From Candidatus Latescibacterota bacterium (lineage in GTDB: Bacteria > Latescibacterota > UBA2968), in NCBI GenBank assembly GCA_965116885.1, contig OZ220741.1:768001-832000 (forward strand): a stretch of DNA of 64,000 nt, read 5' to 3'. Positions 1 through 11,600 of this stretch are shown here, one piece after another. Under the pieces are notes generated by a model, which saw only the letters and a list, made by a program, of their open reading frames with translations, was not told where the DNA came from and ran no database searches. A program made the position numbers and the translations under genes. Within the stretch, counting starts at the first letter, position 1, and every line of letters begins with the position of its first letter.

Positions 1-2
1 AA

Positions 3-2270
3 CCAGCGGAAGATTGGAATCACGCCTTGCCCGTGGGGGCTGGGAAACTCGGCGCCATGGTATTTGGTGGGGTGAGCAATGAACGCATACAAATGAACGA
101 AGACTCGATCTGGGCGGGACCTCCCGTACCCAAATCACCACCGGGCGCGCAACAGGTCGTCGCACGCGCGCGTCAACTGCTCTTTGAAGGCAAATACACC
201 GAAGCGCAGGACCTCGTACAAGAAGGCGTCATGGGAGAACGCATTGTACCGCGCAGCTATCAGACACTGGGCGACTTATTCATCGAGCAAAATGGCGTCG
301 AACAACACACCGATTACCGCCGCGAACTCTCGCTAAACTCTGCAATCGCCACAACGCGATGGGTCGCAAATGGCGTCTCATATCACCGAGAAGTATTTGC
401 CACAGCCATCGACCGGGCAATAATCTGTCGCATCGCATCGGACAAAGCAGGCGCAATATCGTGTCGGATATCTTTTCATCGAGAAGAAAACGCGCAGTGG
501 TCGGGCATATCTGAAAACACACGCCTCATAACCGGACGCGCGGGACACGGAGAAACCCATCCCGGCGTAAAATTCTCTGCGGGCATCAAAGCAATAGCCG
601 AAAATGGCCGCGTCCAGTGTGCCGACGACACCCTCGTCGTCGAAAATGCAGACGCAGTCACCATAGTCGTCTGCGCCGACACCGACTACAACTTTGACGA
701 CCCCTACACGCCCCTGACACACGACCTGAAAGCCTCCGCGATATCCACAATAGAAGCGTGTGGTGCGCGTCCATATCCCCACGTAAAACGCGAACACGTT
801 CGGGATCACAGCACCTACTTTAACCGATGCACCTTCTCCCTCGCAGAAGACAAAAATGACCACATCCCCACAGACCGCCGCCTCGCCGAATTCGAACACA
901 CATCGGACCTCGCACTCGTCGCACTCTACTTCAACTTCGGACGATACCTCACAATCTGTTGCTCCCGCCCGGGCAGTTTATGCGCCAATCTACAGGGCAT
1001 CTGGAACCAGGAATACGAAGCCCCGTGGAACAGTGACTACCACATCAACATCAATATCCAGATGATCTACTGGCTCTGTGAACTCGTCGGCTTGTCCGAA
1101 TGCCATGAACCGTATTTGGAGTTTTCAAACGCCCTGCGCAAAACAGCCCGCCAAACAGCAACAGAAGTCTATGGCTGTCGCGGAACCGCGGCGCATCACA
1201 CAACAGATGCGTGGCGATTCACCGACCCATTGGGAAAGGTGCAATACGGCATGTGGCCCATGGGCTGCGGATGGAACAGCAGGCACTTTTTGGAACATTG
1301 GGATTTCAACGGCTCAGAAACATTTCTTCGGGACCAGGCCTGGCCGGTTGTGCGGGATGCCGCCCTGTTCTTCCTCGACTGGTTGGCAGAAGACCCAAAA
1401 ACCGGCAAACTCGTATCCGGTCCATCCTCCTCACCGGAAAACCGCTTCCTCGCGCCGGGTACACAGGACGTATGCAACCTCGTCATGGGACCGAGCATGG
1501 ACCAGCAGATAATCTGGGAAACATTTACAAATTGCCTGCGCTGTGCCGAGATCCTATCTCTCGACGACCCCATTATCGACGACATAAAAAGCGCATTATC
1601 CCGTCTCGCAGAACCACAAATCGGCACTGATGGACGCCTGATGGAATGGACGGAAGAATTTGAAGAACCAGAACCGGGGCATCGGCATATTTCACACATC
1701 TACGGCGTGTACCCCGGCTTCCAACTCGTCAACCAACCCGACTTTTTGGCTGCCACGCGCAAAAGCATAGAACACCGCCTCGCGCATGGCGGCGGACACA
1801 CAGGCTGGAGCAGAGCATGGCTCATCAACGTATGGGCGCGCCTGAAAGACGCGGATTGCGCCTGGGAAGACGTGCGGCAACTGCTCATACGCTCGACACT
1901 GCCCAACCTATTCGACAACCATCCCCCGTTTCAGATGGACGGCAACATGGGCGGCGCCGCGGGCATAGTGGAAATGATATTGCAAAGCCATCACAACGCC
2001 GTCGAACTATTTCCCGCACTGCCAGACGCATGGACAGAAGGCAACGCAGAAGGACTGCGGGCAAGGGGTGGATTTATTGTAGATTTACAATGGAAAAACG
2101 AAGAAAAATCCGCGCGCATAACTTCCCTATTGGGCAACCCCATCCGCATGCTATACAACGGATTGATGCGCGCTGTCAATGACGACCAGACGGTCATCGC
2201 AGAGGGCCAGGGGGAAATTGCGTTCCAAACAGAAAAAGACAAAAGCTACAACATAGTCATCTCCCAATAA
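3..2270 (+). CDS. GH95 alpha-L-fucosidase-like glycoside hydrolase, 5' end outside the window
   Basis: Frame is open from base 3 ([19 protein letters not shown]). GH95 motifs [50 protein letters not shown]. Confidence 0.9.
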   Translation, partial: PAEDWNHALPVGAGKLGAMVFGGVSNERIQMNEDSIWAGPPVPKSPPGAQQVVARARQLLFEGKYTEAQDLVQEGVMGERIVPRSYQTLGDLFIEQNGVEQHTDYRRELSLNSAIATTRWVANGVSYHREVFATAIDRAIICRIASDKAGAISCRISFHREENAQWSGISENTRLITGRAGHGETHPGVKFSAGIKAIAENGRVQCADDTLVVENADAVTIVVCADTDYNFDDPYTPLTHDLKASAISTIEACGARPYPHVKREHVRDHSTYFNRCTFSLAEDKNDHIPTDRRLAEFEHTSDLALVALYFNFGRYLTICCSRPGSLCANLQGIWNQEYEAPWNSDYHININIQMIYWLCELVGLSECHEPYLEFSNALRKTARQTATEVYGCRGTAAHHTTDAWRFTDPLGKVQYGMWPMGCGWNSRHFLEHWDFNGSETFLRDQAWPVVRDAALFFLDWLAEDPKTGKLVSGPSSSPENRFLAPGTQDVCNLVMGPSMDQQIIWETFTNCLRCAEILSLDDPIIDDIKSALSRLAEPQIGTDGRLMEWTEEFEEPEPGHRHISHIYGVYPGFQLVNQPDFLAATRKSIEHRLAHGGGHTGWSRAWLINVWARLKDADCAWEDVRQLLIRSTLPNLFDNHPPFQMDGNMGGAAGIVEMILQSHHNAVELFPALPDAWTEGNAEGLRARGGFIVDLQWKNEEKSARITSLLGNPIRMLYNGLMRAVNDDQTVIAEGQGEIAFQTEKDKSYNIVISQ

Positions 2271-3024
2271 TTAACCCATCGGGATCGACCTCATCGCGCA
2301 AAATGCACAACTCCTCTTCTGTGGGCGGCACAGTCTCTACTACATCAGCCACCTGCCCCAAATCAAACCCGGTATTTATCTGCACCTCATCAAACGTCAC
2401 GCCGGGATGCACACTCTCGACCTGCATGCGACACGTATCTTCATCAAAACGCATCACCGCCAGATCCGTAATCACGCGATAAGGTCCCCCGCCTTCGGGC
2501 AACCCCGCAGCCTCCCGCGCCCCTGGCCCGGTCAGATAACCAGGCGTCGTCAAAAAATCAACCTCTTCCACAAAACGACGGCGATCGTGCTGTGTAATAA
2601 TCAGCGTGCGCCAGCAAAAACTCGCAAAATCATTGGCACCTCCGCTACCTGGAAAACGCACACGCGGTTTTTTATAATCGCCAATAACCGTAGAATTTAA
2701 ATTCCCATACGCATCGATCTGAGCACCGCCCAAAAACGCGTAATCCATCACACCCCGCTGGCACGCCTCCATAATATCACACATACTCGTCGCCATAAGC
2801 GCCCGATGTGTCGTGCGCGAATCGCCCACAGAAATAGGCATCGCGGGCAACATCGGCGCCAAACCACCTGCTTCAAAAGCCACCAAAAGCCCCGGCGCAT
2901 GCGTCTTTTGCGCCAGCATCGCCGCAGCACACGGCGCCCCCGTGCCCACCCCAACAGTCGCCCCATCCTCCAGCAACCGGGACGCCACACAAATCGCCAT
3001 TTCAACTTCATTGTAATCAGACAT
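2257..3024 (-). CDS. CoA-transferase beta subunit (glutaconate/3-oxoadipate CoA-transferase type)
   Basis: VGVGTG, AFEAGG (catalytic Glu region), [27 protein letters not shown]. Start moved to ATG 3024 (MSDYNE), overlapping the alpha-subunit stop. Confidence 0.85.
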   Translation of the reverse strand: MSDYNEVEMAICVASRLLEDGATVGVGTGAPCAAAMLAQKTHAPGLLVAFEAGGLAPMLPAMPISVGDSRTTHRALMATSMCDIMEACQRGVMDYAFLGGAQIDAYGNLNSTVIGDYKKPRVRFPGSGGANDFASFCWRTLIITQHDRRRFVEEVDFLTTPGYLTGPGAREAAGLPEGGGPYRVITDLAVMRFDEDTCRMQVESVHPGVTFDEVQINTGFDLGQVADVVETVPPTEEELCILRDEVDPDGLIIGR

Positions 3025-4024
3025 AACCTGTACCCTTACCTTCCAACCGCCGCAACTCTGCCAGCCGCTCTTCCCCACCGCAAATCTCCAGATAAGTCTC
3101 AAAACAATCGACACCATACAAATACTTATCCAGAAACGCGCGATATGCCTCCACATCTCGCTCAGCGTCCAACCACGCTCTGAGATGCGTCTCATCCGAG
3201 AAATACTCCCCAGCCATATTGCCGGGATACGATCCATAAGGCACATGACACACCGCATCAACACAAAAAGCCGGAATCGCGGTCGCATTTGGATCGCTGC
3301 GAATCTCATCTGTACTCACAATGCGCTCGGCACTCACAATCACACGTTTAGATGCACGCGCCAAATCCCAATCCGCCACCGTAATACCCCGAATGCGACA
3401 ATTCCCGAACAAATCACTCTCGTGCACATGAATAAGCGCCACATCGGGATACAGAGCAGGCACAACCGTCAGCGACTTGCCCGTAAAAGGACATTCAATC
3501 TCCTTTGCTGCACTCTCTCTAAACGTATCGGTCCCCAGCATACTGCGAACAGGCATAAAAGGCACACCTGTCGCCGCTGCCCGAAACCGACATGCCAGCG
3601 CGTAATTTGTCCACTCACACACCTCAACCTCTCCGCTCTCCATCAACCGCCGCGCCTGTGCCGACAACCCGCGCGCTTCCAACCCCAAAATATATGCCGC
3701 ATCCAAACGCGAAAAAATCTGCTTCCCCGTGCGCGTACCCGCCGCCAAAATCTGAAAATCGTGCGTCGTCGTATGACCGGCAAACCCCAGATCTGTTCGC
3801 TCCTGCCGCACAACCTCGTGCAAAAGAGCCGTCGCAATCCTGTTCCCACCAAACCCGCCAGAAGCCAGATAATCCCCATCGTGCACAAACCGCGCAATCG
3901 CATCAGACACAGACATCAGCTTATCTGTCAACGCGCCCTTCTTCTCTCGAAAAAACGCCCGTGCAACATCTGGATCGGGATCTGTAAACAACGGTCCCCT
4001 GCCTGTATTTTCAGAATTTGTCAT
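3017..4024 (-). CDS. CoA-transferase alpha subunit
   Basis: LMSVSDAIARFVHDGD, RFRAAATGVPFMP, PDVALIHVHESD, VDAVCHVPYGSYP. Adjacent to the beta subunit; start ATG 4024. Confidence 0.85.
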   Translation of the reverse strand: MTNSENTGRGPLFTDPDPDVARAFFREKKGALTDKLMSVSDAIARFVHDGDYLASGGFGGNRIATALLHEVVRQERTDLGFAGHTTTHDFQILAAGTRTGKQIFSRLDAAYILGLEARGLSAQARRLMESGEVEVCEWTNYALACRFRAAATGVPFMPVRSMLGTDTFRESAAKEIECPFTGKSLTVVPALYPDVALIHVHESDLFGNCRIRGITVADWDLARASKRVIVSAERIVSTDEIRSDPNATAIPAFCVDAVCHVPYGSYPGNMAGEYFSDETHLRAWLDAERDVEAYRAFLDKYLYGVDCFETYLEICGGEERLAELRRLEGKGTGYV

Positions 4025-4034
4025 TATTCCCACC

Positions 4035-4805
4035 TCACAACGCTGTCCAACCGCCATCTACCAGCAGCGTATGCCCCGTAATGAGATCGGCAGCCGGACT
4101 TGCCAAAAACACCACAGCCCCCACCACATCTTCGGGCTGTCCCACGCGCCCCAGAGGAATGCGAGAAAGCAAATCCTCGCGCAACTCTTCATTGTCAAAC
4201 GTCGATTGTGTCAACGGCGTCAAAATAAACGTCGGACCCACGGCATTCACCGTAATCTGATGGGGTGCCCACTCCACAGCCAACACCCGCGTCAGATTCA
4301 CCACACCGGCCTTACTCGAACAATAAGCCGCCCGCTTGTAATAGCCCACCACCCCATTTTGCGACGCAATATTCACAATCTTGCCACCACCCGTCTCAAT
4401 CATCGACCGCGCCACGCGCTGCGACATAAAAAACAACCCCTTCAAATTCACATCCAGCACCCCATCCCAATCCGCCTCTGTCACCTCGAGCGCGTCCCTG
4501 GGTATATTCACCCCCGCATTATTCACCAGAACATCAACCCGACCATAAGTATCGATAACCCGGCTCACCGCCGCATCAATACTCTCCTGATCTGGCAATT
4601 CCAACCCCAATGGCAACCCCCGCTGCTCTAAATCTTCAATCGCTTCGCACACCTCATCCAATGCATCGACCTTCTGCGGCACCTCACACACCGCCACATC
4701 GGCACCCACCTCAGCCACCGCCAGCGCAATCGCCCGCCCAATACCCGAACCCGCACCCGTCACCAGCACCACCTTATCATCCAATCGCATACTGGGCAAC
4801 ACCAT
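4035..4805 (-). CDS. Short-chain dehydrogenase/reductase (SDR)
   Basis: TGAGSGIG, NNAG, YCSSK, ITGHTLLVDGG. AAGGAG RBS precedes ATG 4805. Confidence 0.9.
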   Translation of the reverse strand: MVLPSMRLDDKVVLVTGAGSGIGRAIALAVAEVGADVAVCEVPQKVDALDEVCEAIEDLEQRGLPLGLELPDQESIDAAVSRVIDTYGRVDVLVNNAGVNIPRDALEVTEADWDGVLDVNLKGLFFMSQRVARSMIETGGGKIVNIASQNGVVGYYKRAAYCSSKAGVVNLTRVLAVEWAPHQITVNAVGPTFILTPLTQSTFDNEELREDLLSRIPLGRVGQPEDVVGAVVFLASPAADLITGHTLLVDGGWTAL

Positions 4806-4819
4806 TGCGCCCGCTCCTT

Positions 4820-7729
4820 TCACGAAGAAAAAGAAATATTATTCTCCGTATGCCGGCAAGAAATATCATCATCCCCGCGAAAATTCCTACACCCCCAGAA
4901 AACCCCATAGCGCCCCTTGCGCTGAACCATATCCGCGCCACACTTCGGACAAACAGGCAACCATGAATCACAATCGGCATCGAGACATATTTTAAATCGC
5001 CCAACGCGCTGCATCGGATTGCCACACGCTTGACATCCGCTCTCAGTATGATTGCACAACGGATAATTGCTACAACCGTAAAACGACTTTCCCTGCACGG
5101 CAACAAGCGTACCCGTCTTGCACTTCACACAGCGAATGCGCTCAAAAGACGCCTGTTCCAAACGGGTCTCAAAATCGTCCAGCGCCAGCGGATATTTATT
5201 CTTCAACAACTCGACCAAAAACTCAGAAGCATTCGCCATATCCCCAACCAGATACACGCGCTGTTTGGCGCGCGTCAGCGCGACGTAAAACAAACGGCGC
5301 TCCTCCGAATGTGGAAAGGGATCTAACGCGGGCAAAAGCGCCTCGAGCAAAGAATGAGAAGTCTTCTGCGAAGGAAAACCGTACTGACCGCGTTCAAGCC
5401 CCAACACCACCACATAATCCGCCTCCAAACCCTTCGCACCGTGAACGGTATTGCACGCAATAGACAAAGTGGGGAACCGCTTCCTCAACATCATCATCTG
5501 CGTGCCATTGGGCAAGTTAAAACGAAACCTGCCCAACAAATAAACCGAACTACCCTCTTCCGCCCGCTCGGCGACATGTGCCAGCACACGATCCAGCCGC
5601 TCATCAAAATCCGCCTCATCCGAAGATCGACGCCTCTTCTCGCGCAACAGTGAAACCGCGGAATGATCTACCATCGCGTGCGTGGTCAACGCCTTCTTAA
5701 CCTGAGCCGGATTCTCAATCACAAACCGGGAAGCAACATCGCAAATACTATTATTAAACCGAAAAGTCTTATCCAGAACCGTAATTTTAGTCGCCCCAAA
5801 TCTCGCCTCAAAATCCGTAGTAAACCGAATATCGCTACCCGTAAAGCGATAAATCGACTGCCAATCATCCCCCACGCAAAACAGAGAACACCCATCAACA
5901 GACTCTCTCAGAACCCGGACCAACCGCGCACGCGGCTCGGAAATATCCTGAAACTCATCCACCAGAATGTACCGCCAGGGCGAAACAAAGTCACCACTTT
6001 GCACATACGCGATTGCCTTGCCAATCATATCGTCAAAATCGATGTGCTTATTTTCTTTCAAAAATGCATCATACTTCTCATAAATCGGCACCACAATTTT
6101 CAAAGCCTGCTGCTGAACCGAACTCAGATGCCCCCCCTGGACAAGCTCTGTCCACGGCTGATCTGGGCGAGGCAAATGGCTCTTATACCGCCTCAACAAA
6201 TCTGTAAGCAACGGTGTCAAATCGCGAATCGCCCCAAACTCCCTCAGCGTATCCAGCATCTCATCTGGCGAACGCGGATTAAATTGCACCCCAGCCTCTG
6301 TTAATTTTTCATACAAACCCGTCAACAAACAACCTTCGGCATATTCGTAGTGAAAGGTCTCAATCAAACGCGTCCCGTACTTCTCGTGAGTCCTGCGCTT
6401 CCAATCCATCCCCTTGTGATATTTCGCACGGGGGACATAAGGCGCCGTATTGCCATCGCGGTCTATACCCCAGTGCTCCAGATAAACACCGCAATCCGGA
6501 AGATAAAAATCGGGCTGGTATTGCCGATAATCCGGATCCCTCGTCTCATGCTCATAATCCGCCTCGTATCGATACGCCACCCCCAGCATAAACAGATGAT
6601 TGGCAATCCACAACTCACCCAGACCCTTTACCATCTCCCCTTGCAGCGTGCGAATCTCATTCGCAAAAATATATTCAAAGTACTCCCCCTGGGTTTTAAA
6701 ATCAAAGGGATTGACCTCCTGATACCTGTAATACCCCAGATAATCCAGAACCCACTGTCTATAGCTCGGAATCTCAAGCAACGCCTCAAACCACTCATCG
6801 ACATGCTTCTCCAGCAACGCACCATCTGTGGCCAGAGGAGAAATCGAAGGCTGCACTTTTTCAACCGAAGCAATAATATCCTTGCCCAACTTGTGAAACG
6901 TACTCGCAACAACACCTTTCTTATCCACGCGCTCATCCAACCGTTCCTGCATCTCCTGTGCCGCCTTATTCGCAAAAGCCAGCATAAGAATCTCATCGGG
7001 CCGTGCCTGCCCGCTCTCAACCAAAAAACCCGCGCGCCCCACCATCGCACTCGTCTTGCCAGTACCCGCACCAGCCAGTACCAGATTATTATCTTCATCT
7101 ATCACACACGCATCGCGCTGGCTCTCGCTCAGAGGATTGCTCTCCACCCCATCAAAAAAGGTCGAAAACGCTTCTTTGAGGCGCTTGACATACTGCGCGC
7201 GAAAATCTTCTACCTCTTGATCGCCCCAGTGCGCCACCTCCTGCACCAGCGTAAAATCAGCATGGCGCTTGCGATCCAAATACCCTACCGCTGGCACCTT
7301 GCGAAACTGATCGAGCATTTCCCGCGCCAGCTCTTTTATCTTCAACAAACGTGAACTGCGCAGATAACCTTCATCCAGCAATCTATTAATCTCCCCGGCA
7401 CACCGCTTCACTTCTGACGCGAACTTTTGAGACTCCTCCAACCAATACCAATAATCCTGCAACCAGTCGAAAAACCCATCCACCTCTGCCTTGCACAGCC
7501 CCTTCAATCGCTCCTCTCCGCGATCCGTCGGCAACACCAGCTCAAAAAACAGCTTCCCGCGATATAATACATCTTCTCGCGTCAAATTTTCAGCGCATAA
7601 GGCAAAGCGTTTGCCCCCGGCCCTCTCCAAAGTCAGACCATCAGATGAAATTAAAATCGTTGCCGTCCTCGCGCCCAAAAGACGCATTGCCCAATGCGGG
7701 GTAACACTTTTGTTTTTAAGTGTATCCAT
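4820..7729 (-). CDS. helD: UvrD/helicase IV-type SF1 helicase with internal nuclease-like insertion and C-terminal topoisomerase-type zinc ribbons
   Basis: LAGAGTGKT, LVDEFQD, VGDDWQSIYRF, HGAKGLE, EERRLFYVALTRAK. Insert YQPDFYLPDCGVYLEHWG. C-terminal CVKC...YGCSNYPLC, CQAC, CPKC...FWGC. Confidence 0.8.
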   Translation of the reverse strand: MDTLKNKSVTPHWAMRLLGARTATILISSDGLTLERAGGKRFALCAENLTREDVLYRGKLFFELVLPTDRGEERLKGLCKAEVDGFFDWLQDYWYWLEESQKFASEVKRCAGEINRLLDEGYLRSSRLLKIKELAREMLDQFRKVPAVGYLDRKRHADFTLVQEVAHWGDQEVEDFRAQYVKRLKEAFSTFFDGVESNPLSESQRDACVIDEDNNLVLAGAGTGKTSAMVGRAGFLVESGQARPDEILMLAFANKAAQEMQERLDERVDKKGVVASTFHKLGKDIIASVEKVQPSISPLATDGALLEKHVDEWFEALLEIPSYRQWVLDYLGYYRYQEVNPFDFKTQGEYFEYIFANEIRTLQGEMVKGLGELWIANHLFMLGVAYRYEADYEHETRDPDYRQYQPDFYLPDCGVYLEHWGIDRDGNTAPYVPRAKYHKGMDWKRRTHEKYGTRLIETFHYEYAEGCLLTGLYEKLTEAGVQFNPRSPDEMLDTLREFGAIRDLTPLLTDLLRRYKSHLPRPDQPWTELVQGGHLSSVQQQALKIVVPIYEKYDAFLKENKHIDFDDMIGKAIAYVQSGDFVSPWRYILVDEFQDISEPRARLVRVLRESVDGCSLFCVGDDWQSIYRFTGSDIRFTTDFEARFGATKITVLDKTFRFNNSICDVASRFVIENPAQVKKALTTHAMVDHSAVSLLREKRRRSSDEADFDERLDRVLAHVAERAEEGSSVYLLGRFRFNLPNGTQMMMLRKRFPTLSIACNTVHGAKGLEADYVVVLGLERGQYGFPSQKTSHSLLEALLPALDPFPHSEERRLFYVALTRAKQRVYLVGDMANASEFLVELLKNKYPLALDDFETRLEQASFERIRCVKCKTGTLVAVQGKSFYGCSNYPLCNHTESGCQACGNPMQRVGRFKICLDADCDSWLPVCPKCGADMVQRKGRYGVFWGCRNFRGDDDISCRHTENNISFSS

Positions 7730-7741
7730 TCACCAATTCTC

Positions 7742-7775
7742 AAAAAAGAAAAGCCTCCTTGCTTCGGAGACTTTT
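7742..7775 (-). terminator. Rho-independent terminator downstream of clpP
   Basis: Minus strand AAAAGTCTCC-gaagcaa-GGAGGCTTTT followed by CTTTTTT. Confidence 0.6.
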
Positions 7776-7794
7776 CAAAAAATAAATAAAACAG

Positions 7795-7870
7795 CGGGCG
7801 ACCACAGGGGGTCGCCCCTACAAATCGGATTCACAATATCACCGTAGGGGACGGCCCCTGTGCCGTCCCG
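7795..7870. repeat. Inverted pair of GTAG-type REP palindromes
   Basis: CGGGCGACCACAGGGGGTCGCCCCTACA (7795-7822) and GTAGGGGACGGCCCCTGTGCCGTCCCG (7844-7870). The second is the exact reverse complement of the copy at 59098. Confidence 0.8.
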
Positions 7871-7899
7871 CATGCGTAGCCCAACCAACCCCCAGCCCC

Positions 7900-8511
7900 T
7901 CACTCACCTATCTCATCAAACCCATTCACAACCCGACTGATCAACCCGTATTCCACAGCCTCATCGGGACTCATCCAATAGTCTCGATCCGTATCTTCCT
8001 CAATCTTTTCAAGTGGCTGACCGGTCTCATCGGCATACATCTCGTTAATCTTCTTCTTAATCTTCACGACCTCCTCAGCCGTGCGCCGCACATCTTCAGC
8101 CACCCCTTGAAACCGCATCGAAGGCTGATGAATCATAAGGCGCGAATTTGGCAAAGCCAGCCGATCTGCCTTATCTGCCGCCATCATAATCACCGTCGCT
8201 GCACTCGCCGACAGACCCGCACTGATAATTTTTACTCTGGGACGGATAAACCGGATCATATCGTAAATCGCAAACCCATCGTACACACTACCGCCGGGTG
8301 AATTAATAAAAATTTTAATCGGTTCTTCTGGATCTTCATGATCCAAAAACAGCAACTGAGCCGTCACCTTAGCCGTCAACTTGTGATCCACGGGATCGGA
8401 AATCAAAATCGTACGCGCATCTATCAACCCCTTGTTCAAAATACCGTTCTTCGACGCGCTATCTTCCTCTTTCTCCTCATCATCGAGGATCACATCGTCC
8501 TCAAAAATCAT
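7900..8511 (-). CDS. clpP: ATP-dependent Clp protease proteolytic subunit
   Basis: FINSPGGSV, GLSASAAT (Ser), LMIHQP (His), DTDRDYWMS (Asp). GGAGG RBS precedes ATG 8511. Confidence 0.9.
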   Translation of the reverse strand: MIFEDDVILDDEEKEEDSASKNGILNKGLIDARTILISDPVDHKLTAKVTAQLLFLDHEDPEEPIKIFINSPGGSVYDGFAIYDMIRFIRPRVKIISAGLSASAATVIMMAADKADRLALPNSRLMIHQPSMRFQGVAEDVRRTAEEVVKIKKKINEMYADETGQPLEKIEEDTDRDYWMSPDEAVEYGLISRVVNGFDEIGE

Positions 8512-8600
8512 CCAGTCCTCCAAAAATAAAAATCAAAAAACCCGTTATGTTCAATGGCTCAATTTATCCCATATCCCCATTTGAGTCAAGAGCCTTGCGG

Positions 8601-11600
8601 TTAATTTTTTTTCTCCAAACGCCTATCCGCCTTCACCAACTTCACCCCCACGCTCTTACCATCCTGACACGTAAACGCCACAACCGTCTGATCCGCCTGA
8701 ACCCTTGCGTCCACCAGATCATACGCACCATCCAAACGCCATATCCCTCGCACCGTCACCTCTACCTTCCGGGGCATACTCGCCTGATTGACAATTAGCG
8801 AACCATCCTGACGATGCGGCGTCTGAATCTCCCAACGCCACCCAAAATCCGGATCAGCAACCGAAAGCAATAACCCATCACCCACTTCTCGGGACATTAC
8901 CAAACTCGGCAAAGACACAGACACAATAGCTCCATCCGTCGGCCTCGCATCCTTATCGAACAGCGCATAACCCGTCGCCTTCATCCCCCGATGATGCACA
9001 ATATGAGCCTTGTGATCTCGCTGCCAGACATCATACTCGGGTGCATTGGCAAACGCGCTTACCCTATCCGGCGACCTCTGAACCAACACGGCATATTCAT
9101 AGAATCCATCTTGAGGCGCGCTACCGTGATCCAGATACGCCAATTCAAAAGTTCCTGTACCACCGCTATCCCTACCATAATTTTTAGAAACTTGCTCCTG
9201 ACGCTGCACCCTCAGGTCGCCCCCATCTGGAACCACATACCCATTACCCAACGAATCCATCACCCATACCCTCTGCCCCTTTATCCCCTCAAACATATAT
9301 GGAATCGCATGCACACGCTCCCCATTCACCCCCGTAGAACGGTCCTCAGAGATAGCCGCCTGAAATAGCGGCGTCACCGTCGTATGACCACCATCATCAT
9401 TCTCAATACCAGACCCCAGGCAAACCAGTACATCGTCAAAACAAAACACCGTCTTAACAGCTCGAAAACTCGTATTGAATCTCGTATCGTGCAACTTCAA
9501 GGAGAACACACCATTTTGCCCTTTCAGATTCACCCCACCCACAAAAGTCTCATCCGAAAAATTGCGATCACGTCCCTCGTGTTTGAGCTGCTCATGACTC
9601 AAGCGGATCACCGTCGTACCCGGCCACATACTCCAATCCCATCCATCTCGCACAATCCCACTCGCCTCCCGGCCAACCGGATCGCCACTCGCGTAAACCA
9701 GCATCGTCCCATAGCTCAAATAACGACCGAGCGGATTATTCCTCCCCGACGACTCGTAATCCCACACATATTTACCCCACCCCTTCATACTCACCATCCA
9801 GTCCGCACGCCGATGAATGGACAACGCGCCATAAGGCAGCGTCCAGTGCCCCGAAGGTGGAGTAGCAGATGCATATCCCGCACTTGCAAAATCCGCCATC
9901 ATCTGTATCGCACCCGGCGTGTGCAAATACATCAGCCGCACCGATACCCGCTCAAACAAATCTTCTATCAGCAACTGCGACTTCGGTTTCCAAAGCTGCA
10001 TAAACGCGCCCGACAGTTCTGCATCCACCGGAGCATAACTCAAAGCCACATACATATATGCCGGCAAAAGTTTGGTAGCCACCGCTGTATTCCGCGGAAA
10101 ACGACCATTAACAGCCATTGAAATATCATACGTATTCGCCATAATCCTGGACGTCAACAACGCCTGCTTCAAATTATCGCGCTTATCATCTCCAACCGCA
10201 AAAGGCGTATCGTGCAACAAATACACCAGCACAGAAGCCACATGAAAAGCATTTGGCGCATACCCACTCGCGTAAATCCCCCGATGGTGAAAACCCACAA
10301 AATCCGGCTTAATCGTATCCAACCACCCCGGCGCAATAGATAGTGCATTATTGAGCCACGCGATATAGCAACGCATATTCGCCACCTTCTCGGGCGAATC
10401 GTCCATCATCAAAATGCACAACAACCGATACATCGCCACCGAGCGTATAAAATCCGCATTCGCGCCCAGCACCTGCGGACCCTCATACAACTCGCCAAAC
10501 ATACTGAACCATTTCAGCGTTGCCAACTCTCGTTCCAGCCGCTCCGTATCTTTCAGAATATCCCGCATCAAATACACCGCATGGGCATAGCCAGCAACCC
10601 GCAAAAACTCGTGATGCATCGCCCCAACACCACTGCCATCTGCCCAACCCTGATCGTGCAAATAGTCGAAAACATCTATCACCCGATCACGCGCCTCCTC
10701 ATTGCCATTCAACCGATAATCCAACACCAGACGCAACAAAACCCCCTGAAAAACACTCTGAAAAAGAGGTTCATAGGGCGACAACTCGGCAAACAGGGGC
10801 TTCCCCAAAATGCGATCACCCTCGCGTCGAATCTCGTAATCCGCCAGACTGCGATACCCGCGCCTTATATAGGCTTTAAGCTCATTGAGCCGAATCCTCA
10901 CAGGCTCCCGCTCGTCATCCTTCACCCCATCACCCAGCACCCACGCCTCATATCGCCGGGCAATCGTCTCAAAAGCCTGTCTCTCATCATCAGTTATCTC
11001 TGTAGGAAGCGGACCTGGCAATGTGTTTTGACTCCACCGATATTCGCGACTCCTATCTGCCCTATTCGCATTGACAAAGGGAACCTGAGCATCTGGAGAC
11101 CGCCTGGGGTGAATCCTCTCCACCAACTCCATCAAATCCAGATAAACAGCACCGCTATTCGATGCCCTAATTTCAAACGCCGTCACCCGTCCATTTCTCG
11201 CCCCCTCATAAGACCTGTTCCGCGCATCATCCCGCAAATGGATCCACATCGCCCGCCAGCCCGTAAAATTCAAGCCAAACTCAAACTGATAACGCGGATT
11301 ATTTGCCGACAACTCAGATTCCGTGCCAAACCGAAATGTCAGCACCTCATCGAGAGCCTCCTCGTTGTACACCCACGCCCGAAACCCGGTCAGTGCCTTA
11401 TTGCGTCCCGGCGCGGGATCCGTGAACAAAAGTCGCCCGTTATTCTGCCAGGTCCATTTGAGAGATTGTTGCCCCCCTTTATAACGCCTCGCTGAAAGCG
11501 ACACCTCGCTACCTGCATCCACCTGATAGCTCTCGCCCATAGCCTCAAAATCATAGCGCCAGGACACATCCTGCGCCATCGCCGCACTGGCCAAGCCAAG

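Noticed and set aside
3025..3309. 94-aa N-terminal extension of the CoA-transferase beta ORF
   Set aside because: It overlaps the alpha subunit; the coupled start at 3024 fits better.
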